Positions 38,624-48,621 of a stretch of 64,000 bases of DNA are shown here, piece after piece. This stretch comes from Nitrospirales bacterium (GTDB lineage Bacteria; Nitrospirota; Nitrospiria; Nitrospirales; UBA8639), in NCBI GenBank assembly GCA_965223295.1, contig CBDCWC010000003.1:1600001-1664000 (forward strand). The letters are read 5' to 3'. The notes under the pieces were generated by a model. The model did no database searches, was not told the origin of the DNA, and was given only the letters and a program-made list of their open reading frames with translations. Position 1 is the first letter of the stretch, and every line of letters begins with the position of its first letter. Made by a program: the position numbers and the translations under genes.

Positions 38624-40114
38624 ATGAGCGAGGAACAACGAGATCGACAAGTGATTGCGCTGGCGCCGATGCCGCCGGAGAAGTCAGCCTATGCGTTAGC
38701 GCGGTATAGCCGGTCGCCGGATTCAATCGAAGAAAGTTTGAAGTGGGTACATGCGCATTCGTCAGAAAAATTTTGGGAACAGTTTTATTTCGCATACGGA
38801 CATGGATCAATTGCCGATCTGGGGCATGTGACGATTTGTTTTGAAAATATTTCCGAGTTGGCTGCCATTCGCTTGGAAGATGAACCCTTATGGGATGGCC
38901 AAGCCAAATCCAGCCGGTATCAAAACTTTGCCGCTGCAGGCTGCTATGTGCCGGGTGAAATTGCGAATAGTGAAACGGAAGCGGTGTACCGGGGGATTTT
39001 AGGCAGCCTCTATAATATTTATCGACTGTTAAAAGAGCCGCTTCAGCAGCATTTAACGGAGCGCTATCCTCGTCCAGATAGCATGAAATCAGGGGATTAC
39101 GACCGGACGATTGGCGCTCGGACCTATGATGTCATTCGCTATTTACTGCCGTTGGCTGCCAAGACTAATGTGGGACAGGTGGTGAGTATTCGCACATTGG
39201 AAAAGCAAATGACCCGATTGCTATCGTCGCAACTTCCTGAATTATTAGGCATTGGGGAGGACCTGAAGGACGCCTGTGCCCGTAAGCCTTCAAGCGTCTG
39301 GGCAGATTTACAGGAGGAATCCTCTGCTCAACTTGAATCGATGGCTCCGACATTGGCGCGCTATGCAGCTTCCAATAACTATCAAAGTGCGGTGTATCGC
39401 GATGTGCTTCGCCAAGTGAAGGGGATGCTGAAAAAATCTGGACTGGATGATCCTCAATCATGGAAGGGCCATACGCAATCTGTCGATCTGCTTGAACCTC
39501 ATGCGCCGTTGGACGAATTGGTGACCACGTTTGTCTATCGCGTGAGTCAGGCACCATATCGGGTGCTCTTGGAATGGGTGAAAGATTGGTCGGAAAAAGA
39601 GAAACAGGCAGTGGTCGACGCAGCGATCAAAAGCCGGGGGCCGTATGATGACCTGGCCAAGGAATTCCGGTCAGGCTATGCCTTTATTTTTGATGTGTTG
39701 ATGGATATAGGCGGCTGGAGGGATATGCATCGACATCGGCGGTGCCAGCAAGTGCAACAAAATTTCACGACGATCCATGGTTATGATATTCCTCCTCAGT
39801 TATCTGTGGCAGGGGTCGAGAAAGAATATCGGCTCGCCATGGATGCCGTGCAGCAAGATATTGAGCGGTTGCGAACTGAGAATCAAGAAGCCGCTTTGTA
39901 TGCGATTCCTTTTGGGTTTCGAGTTCGTTGTTTGTTTAAGATGGATTTTGCTGAGGTGGAGTATATTTCCAAATTGCGTTCAGGAGTCAAAGGGCATTGG
40001 TCGTATCGCACCGTCGCTTGGGAAATGAAACAACAAATGCTCCATCGTCATCCGTATCTTGGGAGTTTAATCGAGGCTACCTCCCCTGATATTGAAGACA
40101 CTCTGACTCGATAA
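38624..40114 (+). CDS. thyX: FAD-dependent thymidylate synthase-like protein with tandem ThyX domains
   Basis: ARYSRS, YGHGSIADL, KSSRYQ, D.IRYLLP in the first half; RDMHRHR and LRS..KGH.SYR in the second half. Confidence 0.8.
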   Translation: MSEEQRDRQVIALAPMPPEKSAYALARYSRSPDSIEESLKWVHAHSSEKFWEQFYFAYGHGSIADLGHVTICFENISELAAIRLEDEPLWDGQAKSSRYQNFAAAGCYVPGEIANSETEAVYRGILGSLYNIYRLLKEPLQQHLTERYPRPDSMKSGDYDRTIGARTYDVIRYLLPLAAKTNVGQVVSIRTLEKQMTRLLSSQLPELLGIGEDLKDACARKPSSVWADLQEESSAQLESMAPTLARYAASNNYQSAVYRDVLRQVKGMLKKSGLDDPQSWKGHTQSVDLLEPHAPLDELVTTFVYRVSQAPYRVLLEWVKDWSEKEKQAVVDAAIKSRGPYDDLAKEFRSGYAFIFDVLMDIGGWRDMHRHRRCQQVQQNFTTIHGYDIPPQLSVAGVEKEYRLAMDAVQQDIERLRTENQEAALYAIPFGFRVRCLFKMDFAEVEYISKLRSGVKGHWSYRTVAWEMKQQMLHRHPYLGSLIEATSPDIEDTLTR

Positions 40115-40142
40115 TGTATGCCGAGAAGATTGGAATGTTCTT

Positions 40143-41162
40143 GTGACGTCTCATAATCAATCGAAGATCGAATCAGCCATCTCGGGAGGACAATGGGATG
40201 TGGTGTATGATGAGGCCTCTCGTTGGTCAAAACAAAACGATTGCGGGCCCTTGCCGTTTTTTGCGTTGAATGTTGTCTGTTTATTGCGAGGGGATTTTGC
40301 TCAAGCCTGGAGAGCTTATTCTCAAGCTCTGGGTGATGAGGTGCAGTCCCAGCATGTTCGAGAATGGGTTAAGCGTCTGAGAGAGCAGCATGCTGATTCA
40401 CCTCACCTTGCGTTATTTGAAGGGATTTTTCATACACAATCAGGCCTCTTGGATGATGCCTTCGCCTGTTTTCAGCGAGCGGTCACGCTGGCGCCTCAGT
40501 CTCCGTACCCGCATTTTTTTCTGGCTCAAATTTATCAACGGCAAGGACGTATGGATCAAACCATCAAAGCATTCAAAGAGGTCATTAAGCGAGATCCTTC
40601 GTATGTGGCTGCGCGGCTTAAGCTTGGTGTGGTGTATCAGGAACAAGGTCAATTGGAGATGGCTATTCCTCACTATCGGGAAGTCTTAAGACTTCGTCCT
40701 GATGAGGCTGTCGGGCATACCAATTTAGCCTGTGCGCTTGCTGAACAGGGCAAATTAGATCCGGCAATTCAAGAATACAAAAAAGCTGTTGCCCTGAATC
40801 CGGATGATGAAGAAATCCTTTTTGCGTTAGGTGGAGTCTATGAACAGAAAGGCCGGGTCGATCTAGCCAAACGTCAGTATGAGGAAGCGCTAAGGGTTAA
40901 TCCTCATTTTGCTCCTGCTGCGACGGCTATCGGCTGGTTTCTCTATGAAAAAGGGCAAAATGACTTTGCCATGGACTATTTTAGTAAAGCCTTGGTGGCG
41001 AATCCTGAAGATGCCTACGCGACCTTTGGGGTGGGACGTATTTATGAAGAAAAGCGCAAGCCGGAATTAGCGGTTGAGCATTACCAGAAAGCCTTGTCTT
41101 TGGAAAAAGACCCTGATCGAAAAATGCGCATCATTAATTTTATGGATAAGTTATTTGGGTAG
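40143..41162 (+). CDS. TPR-repeat protein
   Basis: About 7 consecutive 34-aa TPR repeats. Confidence 0.9.
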   Translation: MTSHNQSKIESAISGGQWDVVYDEASRWSKQNDCGPLPFFALNVVCLLRGDFAQAWRAYSQALGDEVQSQHVREWVKRLREQHADSPHLALFEGIFHTQSGLLDDAFACFQRAVTLAPQSPYPHFFLAQIYQRQGRMDQTIKAFKEVIKRDPSYVAARLKLGVVYQEQGQLEMAIPHYREVLRLRPDEAVGHTNLACALAEQGKLDPAIQEYKKAVALNPDDEEILFALGGVYEQKGRVDLAKRQYEEALRVNPHFAPAATAIGWFLYEKGQNDFAMDYFSKALVANPEDAYATFGVGRIYEEKRKPELAVEHYQKALSLEKDPDRKMRIINFMDKLFG

Positions 41163-41258
41163 ATAGACTAGAGGTGCCCTAGAGTCAGCTCTTACATCCA
41201 CGGCGTTTACTAAGCTACCTACCCCAATTTACCATCCATCTTGATAGCGCAACGAGGC

Positions 41259-41954
41259 TTATTCAGGAGTTTTTAACGCTTCCGCTTCTTGTCCTTCTAC
41301 AACGGGCTTGAGATAAATTTCCACTCGGCGATTGAGGCTTCGGCCCTCAGCCGTTCCATTGTTCGCTCGTGGTTGTGCCTCTCCACGACCTTCTGCATGT
41401 AAGCGAGTCAGATGAACTCCCGATGTATTGAGATGGCTTGCCACTGACGAAGCACGTTTTTCAGATAATTCCTGATTATAAGTATCACTTCCTTGCGCAT
41501 CTGTATGGCCAATCACATGCACGATAGTGCTGTCGTATTGGGTTAAGACATTGCCGAGTTTCGTGAGAGCGGTTTGAAAACCGGGCTTGACGGTTGTGCT
41601 GTTCGTGGCAAAGGTCGATTCCCCTTTCAGATCCACTTCTAGTCCATTGTCGGGAAGCTTCCGGAGTTCCACGTCGTGCTGGGCCAATTCTTCGGCCAAC
41701 GCTTTTTCTATATCCTTGGCCTGTTTGTCCATATAGAGGCCCACGCCTCCTCCTGCTAGAATGCCGACCGCTGCTCCAATAGCCGCTCCACGTGCGCGTT
41801 TTTTCTTATCAATAGCCGCGCCAGCACCAGCTCCCACAACTCCGCCTATAGCCGACCCAATTTTTGTGTTCCGATACGGGTCGTTTTCTGCACAGCCAGA
41901 GAACATTATCGACAATCCCAAAAGGAAAATAGGTAGTTGTAAGTACTTCCTCAT
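41259..41954 (-). CDS. OmpA-family lipoprotein with glycine zipper
   Basis: Lipobox FSGC, GSAIGGVVGAGAG, GHTDAQGS..YNQELSEKRA, NRRVEI. Confidence 0.92.
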   Translation of the reverse strand: MRKYLQLPIFLLGLSIMFSGCAENDPYRNTKIGSAIGGVVGAGAGAAIDKKKRARGAAIGAAVGILAGGGVGLYMDKQAKDIEKALAEELAQHDVELRKLPDNGLEVDLKGESTFATNSTTVKPGFQTALTKLGNVLTQYDSTIVHVIGHTDAQGSDTYNQELSEKRASSVASHLNTSGVHLTRLHAEGRGEAQPRANNGTAEGRSLNRRVEIYLKPVVEGQEAEALKTPE

Positions 41955-42167
41955 CGTTTCATCCTTTCCCAAAGTCTGTGTGATAATAATTTTTGTCAGA
42001 AAAAGGTTCATGTGCTTGTCCTTCATTGAACCAGCGACGTGGATGCATCCTTCTTCGCTTTCCACGAGCTGTAAAAAATCAGCTGACGAGTATTCTGAAG
42101 AACACCTATGGGTCCTTCATTTTTACGCATCGGTTTTTGGGAATGGAAACCTGAGTAAATCTGTTAA

Positions 42168-42419
42168 GGGATTGTTGAATAATGATGATATCAGTGGCTA
42201 AATTTCGTCTCTGCGACGTACCATGTCGCGGCCTCGGGTCTGTTCAAAAAAGCCCGCTCGCCTGTGCGAAGCCAGGTCCAGCAAGGCCACAGCCCTTTTT
42301 GCACGCGGAGCGTACAGGTCCTACGTGAGCACGCAAAAATGGCGAGAACGTCGCTCCCGGCCTTCGTAGCCCATCAAGTTACTCCGGCGGAGTAGGCGGC
42401 GGCTTTTTTCAACAGACCC
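42168..42419. mobile_element. MITE family A, copy 5 (252 bp, two internal inserts)
   Basis: Ends GGGATTGTTGAATAA / TTTTTCAACAGACCC; GTTAA direct repeat on both flanks. Confidence 0.9.
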
Positions 42420-42607
42420 GTTAAAGATTCATGAAATAGCCGAAAAGCATGTTTTTGAGGGTACAAAGGATGAGATTTGTAAACAACAAGAGGGATGTAG
42501 GGCGGTAACCCTACCATTGGGTGTAGAAAGGAAATTCTTGCGCAGAGGGCTCAAGGAACATCGAGAATTTGGATGTATGTCAGGGAACGTTGAATATCAG
42601 GAGGAAA

Positions 42608-42964
42608 TCATGAGTCGGCCCTAAGGGTCTGCTGAATGGCAGAAATTTGGGGAGTTGGGCTTCCTGAATTCTTGACTTCCTGGTGAATTTGCTCTTGCAG
42701 GTAGGAAGAATAGCCTACTTTTTCGACGAAAAGCTGGAAAAAGTCATTGGGTGGGAGGGACGTTTTGGCTCGGAGTTCTTCAAGAATGTCATCACTGATT
42801 GGAATGAGGGTGTCGCCAATGTGAAGGATCCCCTTATAGTAATTTCCTTCACCTCGCAGTTGCAGTCGAAGGCCAGATTTTGGCTTGACAGTTTTATCAA
42901 CGGGTGGGTCAGAAATTTCAGAACTGGTTGAATTTTCGGGTAAGTTTTCCATGAATGCGATCAA
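42608..42964 (-). CDS. Hypothetical protein
   Basis: Isolated ORF with globular composition. Confidence 0.55.
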   Translation of the reverse strand: MIAFMENLPENSTSSEISDPPVDKTVKPKSGLRLQLRGEGNYYKGILHIGDTLIPISDDILEELRAKTSLPPNDFFQLFVEKVGYSSYLQEQIHQEVKNSGSPTPQISAIQQTLRADS

Positions 42965-43115
42965 TTGTAGGGCATCATGAATTGGAATGACAAGGACACG
43001 TACTTTCTTGACTGGTTCAGGACCCTATGCTAGCGTAACGACCTTTTCGGCGCGGTGTCTGATGTTTTTCCTACCTCCTGCGCCCCTAATTTTTACGATT
43101 GGAGTACCGAGTCTC

Positions 43116-44201
43116 ATGAAGTCACGTGTGTATAACTTTAGTGCGGGGCCGGCGATGTTGCCGGAAGAGGTTTTGAAGCAAGCTCAAGAAGAATTGCCAG
43201 ATTGGCATGGAGCTGGCGCGTCAATCATGGAGATGAGTCACAGGGGGAAAGAGTTTGTCTCGGTGGCGGCTGAAGCTGAACAAGATCTACGTGAGCTATT
43301 GAATGTACCTAAGAATTATAAGGTGCTCTTCCTCCAAGGTGGGGCGACCTCGCAATTCGCGACGATTCCCATGAATCTATTACGGGGAAAAACGACGGCA
43401 GATTATGTTTTAACGGGTGAGTGGGGCAAAAAAGCCATCAGCGAGGCCAAAAAGTATTGCACCGTGAATCTTGCGGCCTCTTCAGAAAGCCAAAAGTTTG
43501 CCAGCATCCCAGCATTTGAAAGCTGGTCATTAAATAAGGATGCTGCCTATGTGCATTATACCCCGAACGAGACCATAGGAGGGTTGGAGTTTCATTGGGT
43601 TCCCAGTACAGGGAATGTGCCGTTAGTCGCTGACTATTCTTCAACGGTTTTATCGCGTCCTATTGATGTGAGCCGGTTTGGTCTCATTTATGCGGGTGCG
43701 CAGAAGAACATAGGCCCGGCGGGTGTGACACTTGTGATTGTGAGGGATGATCTTCTTGGAGATGCTCTTCCCATCACGCCGAGTGTGTTTGATTATGCCA
43801 AGCAGGCTGATGCCGATTCGATGCTGAATACTCCTCCGACGTATGGAATATATTTGGCGGGTTTAGTCTTTAAATGGTTAAAAGCGAAAGGCGGTGTGTC
43901 GGCGATGGCCGCGATTAACGAACGTAAGGCAACGAAACTGTATGCAGCGATTGATGCGTCCAGTTTCTATAGCAATCCGGTTGAACGGTCCTCCCGCTCC
44001 TGGATGAATGTCCCATTTATTTTAGCCAATGCGGATTTAGATAAAGAGTTTTTGTCTGGGGCGGCTTCAGCGGGATTAACGACACTCAAAGGCCATCGTT
44101 CGGTTGGGGGTATGCGAGCCAGTATTTATAATGCGATGCCGGAAGCGGGTGTGGATGCGTTGATTGCTTATATGGCTGATTTCGAAAAACGCCACGCCTA
44201 A
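43116..44201 (+). CDS. serC: Phosphoserine aminotransferase
   Basis: [54 protein letters not shown]. Confidence 0.97.
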   Translation: MKSRVYNFSAGPAMLPEEVLKQAQEELPDWHGAGASIMEMSHRGKEFVSVAAEAEQDLRELLNVPKNYKVLFLQGGATSQFATIPMNLLRGKTTADYVLTGEWGKKAISEAKKYCTVNLAASSESQKFASIPAFESWSLNKDAAYVHYTPNETIGGLEFHWVPSTGNVPLVADYSSTVLSRPIDVSRFGLIYAGAQKNIGPAGVTLVIVRDDLLGDALPITPSVFDYAKQADADSMLNTPPTYGIYLAGLVFKWLKAKGGVSAMAAINERKATKLYAAIDASSFYSNPVERSSRSWMNVPFILANADLDKEFLSGAASAGLTTLKGHRSVGGMRASIYNAMPEAGVDALIAYMADFEKRHA

Positions 44202-44255
44202 TCATCATACATGAATAGTTGAGCCTCTTGGTTCTTGCTGTAACGGAGTGACCTT

Positions 44256-45839
44256 ATGAATATTTTAGTAAGCGACAGTCTTTCTTCTAAAGGAGTGGAA
44301 GTCTTAGAACGTGCAGGGTTTTCCGTTGCGGTGAAGACCAAATTGTCCAAGGAAGAATTATTGCAGGAAATTCCTAACTATGAAGCGTTAATCGTGCGCT
44401 CGGCCACGAAGGTCACGAAAGAGGTGATTGACGCCGGAGGGCGTCTCCGTATTGTGGGACGTGCTGGAACAGGGCTGGACAATGTCGACACGGAAGCGGC
44501 GACACGTCGAGGCATCGTTGTCATGAATACGCCTGGTGGAAATACCATCACGACGGCCGAACATACCATGTCGATGATTGCTGCGATGAGCCGGAAAATT
44601 CCCCAAGCCACTCAATCAATGAAAGAAGGCAAGTGGGAAAAGAGTAAGTTTATGGGGAGTGAGTTGTACAATAAAACCTTGGGATTAGTCGGTTTGGGAC
44701 AAATTGGATCATATGTCGCCAAGTTAGCTCAAGGCTGGTCAATGAATGTGATTGGCTATGACCCATATTTAGCAGAAGATCGAGCCAAACGAATGGGCAT
44801 TGAAGTGGTGGGGCTTGATGAATTGTTTCACCGGGCCGATGTCATCTCGGTTCACACCCCTTTGACGAACGAAACGCGAGGGATCATCAATACTGAAGCG
44901 ATGGGCAAAATGAAAGATGGTGTCATGATTGTGAATTGTGCCAGGGGTGGCATCATTCATGAACAGGATCTTTGTGAGGCTCTGAAATCTGGAAAAGTGG
45001 CAGCGGCGGCATTCGATGTCTTTGAAAAAGAGCCTATTGATTCCAGCCATGTTCTTCTCAGTTTGCCGAATTTTACCTGTACCCCCCATATTGGGGCGTC
45101 GACAGAAGAAGCCCAAGAAAATGTCGCCATTGGGATCGCCGAACAATTTGTTGATTATTTTAAGAGAGGTATTGCGCGGGGTGCTGTGAATGTTCCATCA
45201 GTGGCACCTGAGGCCTTGCCTCAACTACAGCCCTATTTGAACTTGGCTGAACGTCTGGGAAGTTTTCAGGCTCAATTGTTAGAGGGGGGCTTACAGTCTG
45301 TCACTGTTGAATATGTTGGCGAGGTATCGCAGCTGGGCGTTGCTCCCATTACGGTTGCTATCTTGAAGGGATTGCTTGCTCCCATCTTGGAAGATGTCAT
45401 TAATTTCGTGAATGCGCCTATTGTCGCCAAAGAGCGCGGTATAGAAGTGAAGGAAGTGAAAAGTAGCGATGCGGGCGATTTTACCAGTTTGATTCGGCTG
45501 AAAGTGGAAGCTGGTCAAAAGACGTATGTGTTGGCTGGTACGCTCTTTCATCGACAAGAACCACGGATTGTGGAAATTAATCAATTTCAAGTGGAAGTGG
45601 TCTGCGAAGGCCAGATGATTTTGATTGATAATGTGGATCGTCCTGGTGTGATCGGAATGGTTGGACAGGTTTTAGGCAAACATGAAGTGAATATTGCCCG
45701 TATGCAATGCTCTCGGGTCGAGCGTGGAGAATCAGCGCTGCTGATCATTGGCTTAGACGCGCCATTGGCTACATCCGTGATTGACCTTTTGAAACAAGAG
45801 CCAGATATCTTATCCGTTCGTATGGTTGATTTGGGTTAG
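44256..45839 (+). CDS. serA: D-3-phosphoglycerate dehydrogenase (with ASB and ACT domains)
   Basis: RAGTGLDNVD, GLGQIG, NCARGG, TPHIGAST, DRPGVIG. Confidence 0.96.
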   Translation: MNILVSDSLSSKGVEVLERAGFSVAVKTKLSKEELLQEIPNYEALIVRSATKVTKEVIDAGGRLRIVGRAGTGLDNVDTEAATRRGIVVMNTPGGNTITTAEHTMSMIAAMSRKIPQATQSMKEGKWEKSKFMGSELYNKTLGLVGLGQIGSYVAKLAQGWSMNVIGYDPYLAEDRAKRMGIEVVGLDELFHRADVISVHTPLTNETRGIINTEAMGKMKDGVMIVNCARGGIIHEQDLCEALKSGKVAAAAFDVFEKEPIDSSHVLLSLPNFTCTPHIGASTEEAQENVAIGIAEQFVDYFKRGIARGAVNVPSVAPEALPQLQPYLNLAERLGSFQAQLLEGGLQSVTVEYVGEVSQLGVAPITVAILKGLLAPILEDVINFVNAPIVAKERGIEVKEVKSSDAGDFTSLIRLKVEAGQKTYVLAGTLFHRQEPRIVEINQFQVEVVCEGQMILIDNVDRPGVIGMVGQVLGKHEVNIARMQCSRVERGESALLIIGLDAPLATSVIDLLKQEPDILSVRMVDLG

Positions 45840-45918
45840 TGTCGTCTCTTTTCCATACAGCCTCTTGCTGGCCGGCTTCCTCCTGGCTAGTTGTATGAGG
45901 GCCTCCTCTATAGGTTTC

Positions 45919-47244
45919 ATGAAACCCGCCCGTTCCCTTATTCCCATTGGCACTGCGACTCTCTTGCCCCAAACGGCTCAACGCGTGCGGGAGTTAGAAG
46001 ATCAATTGTTGGCCTACCTCGCCACGTGGGGCTATCAGGAAATTATTCTCCCAACGTTTGAATATCTAGATGTCCTGTCCGTGGGGCTTTCTTCAGAAAT
46101 TTTAGAAAAGTGCTACAAGTTTGCTGATTGGACTTCTGGACGCATGCTTGTCCTGCGTCCAGATGCGACGGCTCAAATTGCCAGGATGGTGGCCATGGGA
46201 TTAGGCGGAGATGTGCTGCCCATGCGTTTTTCTTACCGAACGACTGTCTTTCGTTATGAATTGGAACATCGTGGGCGGGATCGGGAGGTCTTTCAAGTCG
46301 GTATTGAGTTGGTAGGAAATGATACAGCACAGGGTGATGCCGAGATGGTGACGATGTTGGCAGGATTATTCAAAGCGGTGGGTTTGCCAGAATGGAAAAT
46401 TTCTTTAGGACATGCAGGGTTTTTTAAGGCCCTGTTGTCTCGTTCTGGGTTGTCCCCAAAAAAAAGAAAGCAGGCGGAATTAGCGGCAGCTCATAAAGAT
46501 TTACCGAAATTAGAGCAGATTCTCACGACAGAACGTCTATCCAGGAAAGTGGTCAGAAATATTCTTGAGGTTCCAGAGCGCTGTGGGCAGTATGATGTTT
46601 TGGAATGGGGAAAGCGGGTGGCAGGGCACGATGCACAATTGATGAAGCCGTTACATCGTTTGGAGCAGGTCTTTCAACAATTGGCGATCACCGGTGTGCA
46701 GCAGCACGTGCTCTTAGATCTGGGGGAACTTCGCGGGTTTGACTATTATGATGGCGTGGTCTTTGATGTTTTTACCTCCGTCCTAGGCAGTGAGATCGGA
46801 GGCGGCGGTCGATATAATCATCTCGTGGGCCGGTTTGGCCGAGAACTGCCGGCCATTGGATTTGGGTTAGATTTGGACCGTGTCTTTTCAGCCTTGGAGC
46901 GTAGCGGTTACTTAGGAAACCACGGTTTAGGATCTGTGCTCCTGTTGACGGCTGGCCCTCAGACCGCTGAATCATTTGCCTTGGCTCAGACGTTACGAAC
47001 GATGGGTATCGTGGTGATTGAAGAACGTATAGAGCGGCCTCAAAAGTCTATGCGAACTTCTGCGATTCAAATAGCCAGACGGCGTGAATTTTCACGTGTG
47101 ATTCTCTATGAACCAATGAAAGGTGCTCCGGCGTTCATGCATTTACTAGAATTCTCAAATTCTTCTTCGAAACCACGGCAACACCGTGTGACTGCCGAAG
47201 AATTGCCTCAACGGTTACGAGGAGACATATATGGCGATTTCTGA
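45919..47244 (+). CDS. hisZ: ATP phosphoribosyltransferase regulatory subunit
   Basis: LRPDATAQIAR, QVGIEL.G, YYDGVVF, GGGGRYN..L..FG; start uncertain. Confidence 0.9.
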   Translation: MKPARSLIPIGTATLLPQTAQRVRELEDQLLAYLATWGYQEIILPTFEYLDVLSVGLSSEILEKCYKFADWTSGRMLVLRPDATAQIARMVAMGLGGDVLPMRFSYRTTVFRYELEHRGRDREVFQVGIELVGNDTAQGDAEMVTMLAGLFKAVGLPEWKISLGHAGFFKALLSRSGLSPKKRKQAELAAAHKDLPKLEQILTTERLSRKVVRNILEVPERCGQYDVLEWGKRVAGHDAQLMKPLHRLEQVFQQLAITGVQQHVLLDLGELRGFDYYDGVVFDVFTSVLGSEIGGGGRYNHLVGRFGRELPAIGFGLDLDRVFSALERSGYLGNHGLGSVLLLTAGPQTAESFALAQTLRTMGIVVIEERIERPQKSMRTSAIQIARRREFSRVILYEPMKGAPAFMHLLEFSNSSSKPRQHRVTAEELPQRLRGDIYGDF

Positions 47245-48577
47245 AATATCAGGAGTTCGAGTCCCTCCTCAAAACCTAGAGGCCGAACAATCTGTTTTGG
47301 GTGCGATTCTTTTGGATAATGCGGCCCTCAATCGTTCTCTGGAAATTTTGTCTGAAAATGATTTTTATCGAACCGCCAACCAATTGGTGTATCGAAGCAT
47401 GGTGGGGTTGTCTGATCGGAATCAACCTATTGATCAGATTACGCTGACTGATTATTTACGAGGGACCGGGGAATTGGAGCAGGTCGGCGGTGCCTCTTAT
47501 ATTGCGGAACTGGTGCAGGCGGTACCCAGCGCTGCGAATATTCGCTACCATTGTCAGATTGTCCGGGAAAAATCTTTGCTTCGTGGACTTGTTCGAACGG
47601 CTACCGATGTGGTGATGAAAGCGTACGAAGGGACGACCAAAACCGACGAATTGCTTGAGGTCGCGGAACGTGAAATATTTCGGTTGGCTCAAGGACATTT
47701 AGGGGCAACGTTTGTTCCGGTGCGGACTCTTCTCCAAGGAAGTATTGAAATTGTTGATCGTCTCTATAGCCGGCAAGAAAAAATTACTGGGGTGCCCACA
47801 GGCTTTGATATCGATAATTTGACGGCCGGTCTGCAACCTTCTGATTTAATTATCATTGCCGGTAGACCGAGTATGGGGAAGACGAGTTTGGCCTTGGGCA
47901 TGGCAGAGCATGCGGCTTTGTGTGTCAACGCGGTTGTTGGGATTTTCAGCCTGGAGATGTCCGGGGAACAACTTGTGTTACGTATGCTGAGCTCACTCGC
48001 TCGACTCGACTCACATGCGGTGAGAACCGGACAACTCAAAGGAGTTGACTGGGAAGCCTTAACCGGAGCAGCTAGTCAACTGCAAGATGCGAAGATATTT
48101 ATTGATGATTCGGGTAATCTCAGTGTCCAACAGATGCGGGGAAAGGCCCGACGGCTGAAGGCTGAACATGGCTTGGATCTCCTGATTGTTGATTATTTGC
48201 AATTGATGGAAGGGCGGAATACGTCTGAATCGCGTCAGCAGGAAATTTCCGATATTTCCCGGGCCTTAAAGGGCTTGGCGAAAGAATTGAATGTTCCTGT
48301 TGTGGCGCTTTCGCAGTTGAGCCGAGCAGTAGAAAACCGGAAGCCGCCTGTTCCCGTCTTGGCTGATCTTCGCGAGTCTGGGGCTATTGAGCAAGATGCT
48401 GACGTAGTCATGTTTATTTATCGGGAAGAGGTTTATGAGCCGGATACTGAGGAAAAAGGTATTGCCAGAATTCTGGTACGAAAACATCGCAATGGCCCCA
48501 TTGGGGAAGTTTTACTTCAATTTCATGACAACTATGCAAAATTTCATAATTTAGAAACACGGTCTGGTATAGTATAG
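47231..48577 (+). CDS. dnaB: Replicative DNA helicase
   Basis: PPQNLEAEQSVLG, AGRPSMGKT, DYLQL, LSQLSR, DLRESGAIEQDAD; no intein. Confidence 0.98.
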   Translation: MAISEISGVRVPPQNLEAEQSVLGAILLDNAALNRSLEILSENDFYRTANQLVYRSMVGLSDRNQPIDQITLTDYLRGTGELEQVGGASYIAELVQAVPSAANIRYHCQIVREKSLLRGLVRTATDVVMKAYEGTTKTDELLEVAEREIFRLAQGHLGATFVPVRTLLQGSIEIVDRLYSRQEKITGVPTGFDIDNLTAGLQPSDLIIIAGRPSMGKTSLALGMAEHAALCVNAVVGIFSLEMSGEQLVLRMLSSLARLDSHAVRTGQLKGVDWEALTGAASQLQDAKIFIDDSGNLSVQQMRGKARRLKAEHGLDLLIVDYLQLMEGRNTSESRQQEISDISRALKGLAKELNVPVVALSQLSRAVENRKPPVPVLADLRESGAIEQDADVVMFIYREEVYEPDTEEKGIARILVRKHRNGPIGEVLLQFHDNYAKFHNLETRSGIV

Positions 48578-48621
48578 ACTTATGGGTTTCATGGAAATGA
48601 CATAGAGAGGCGGATTGTTCT

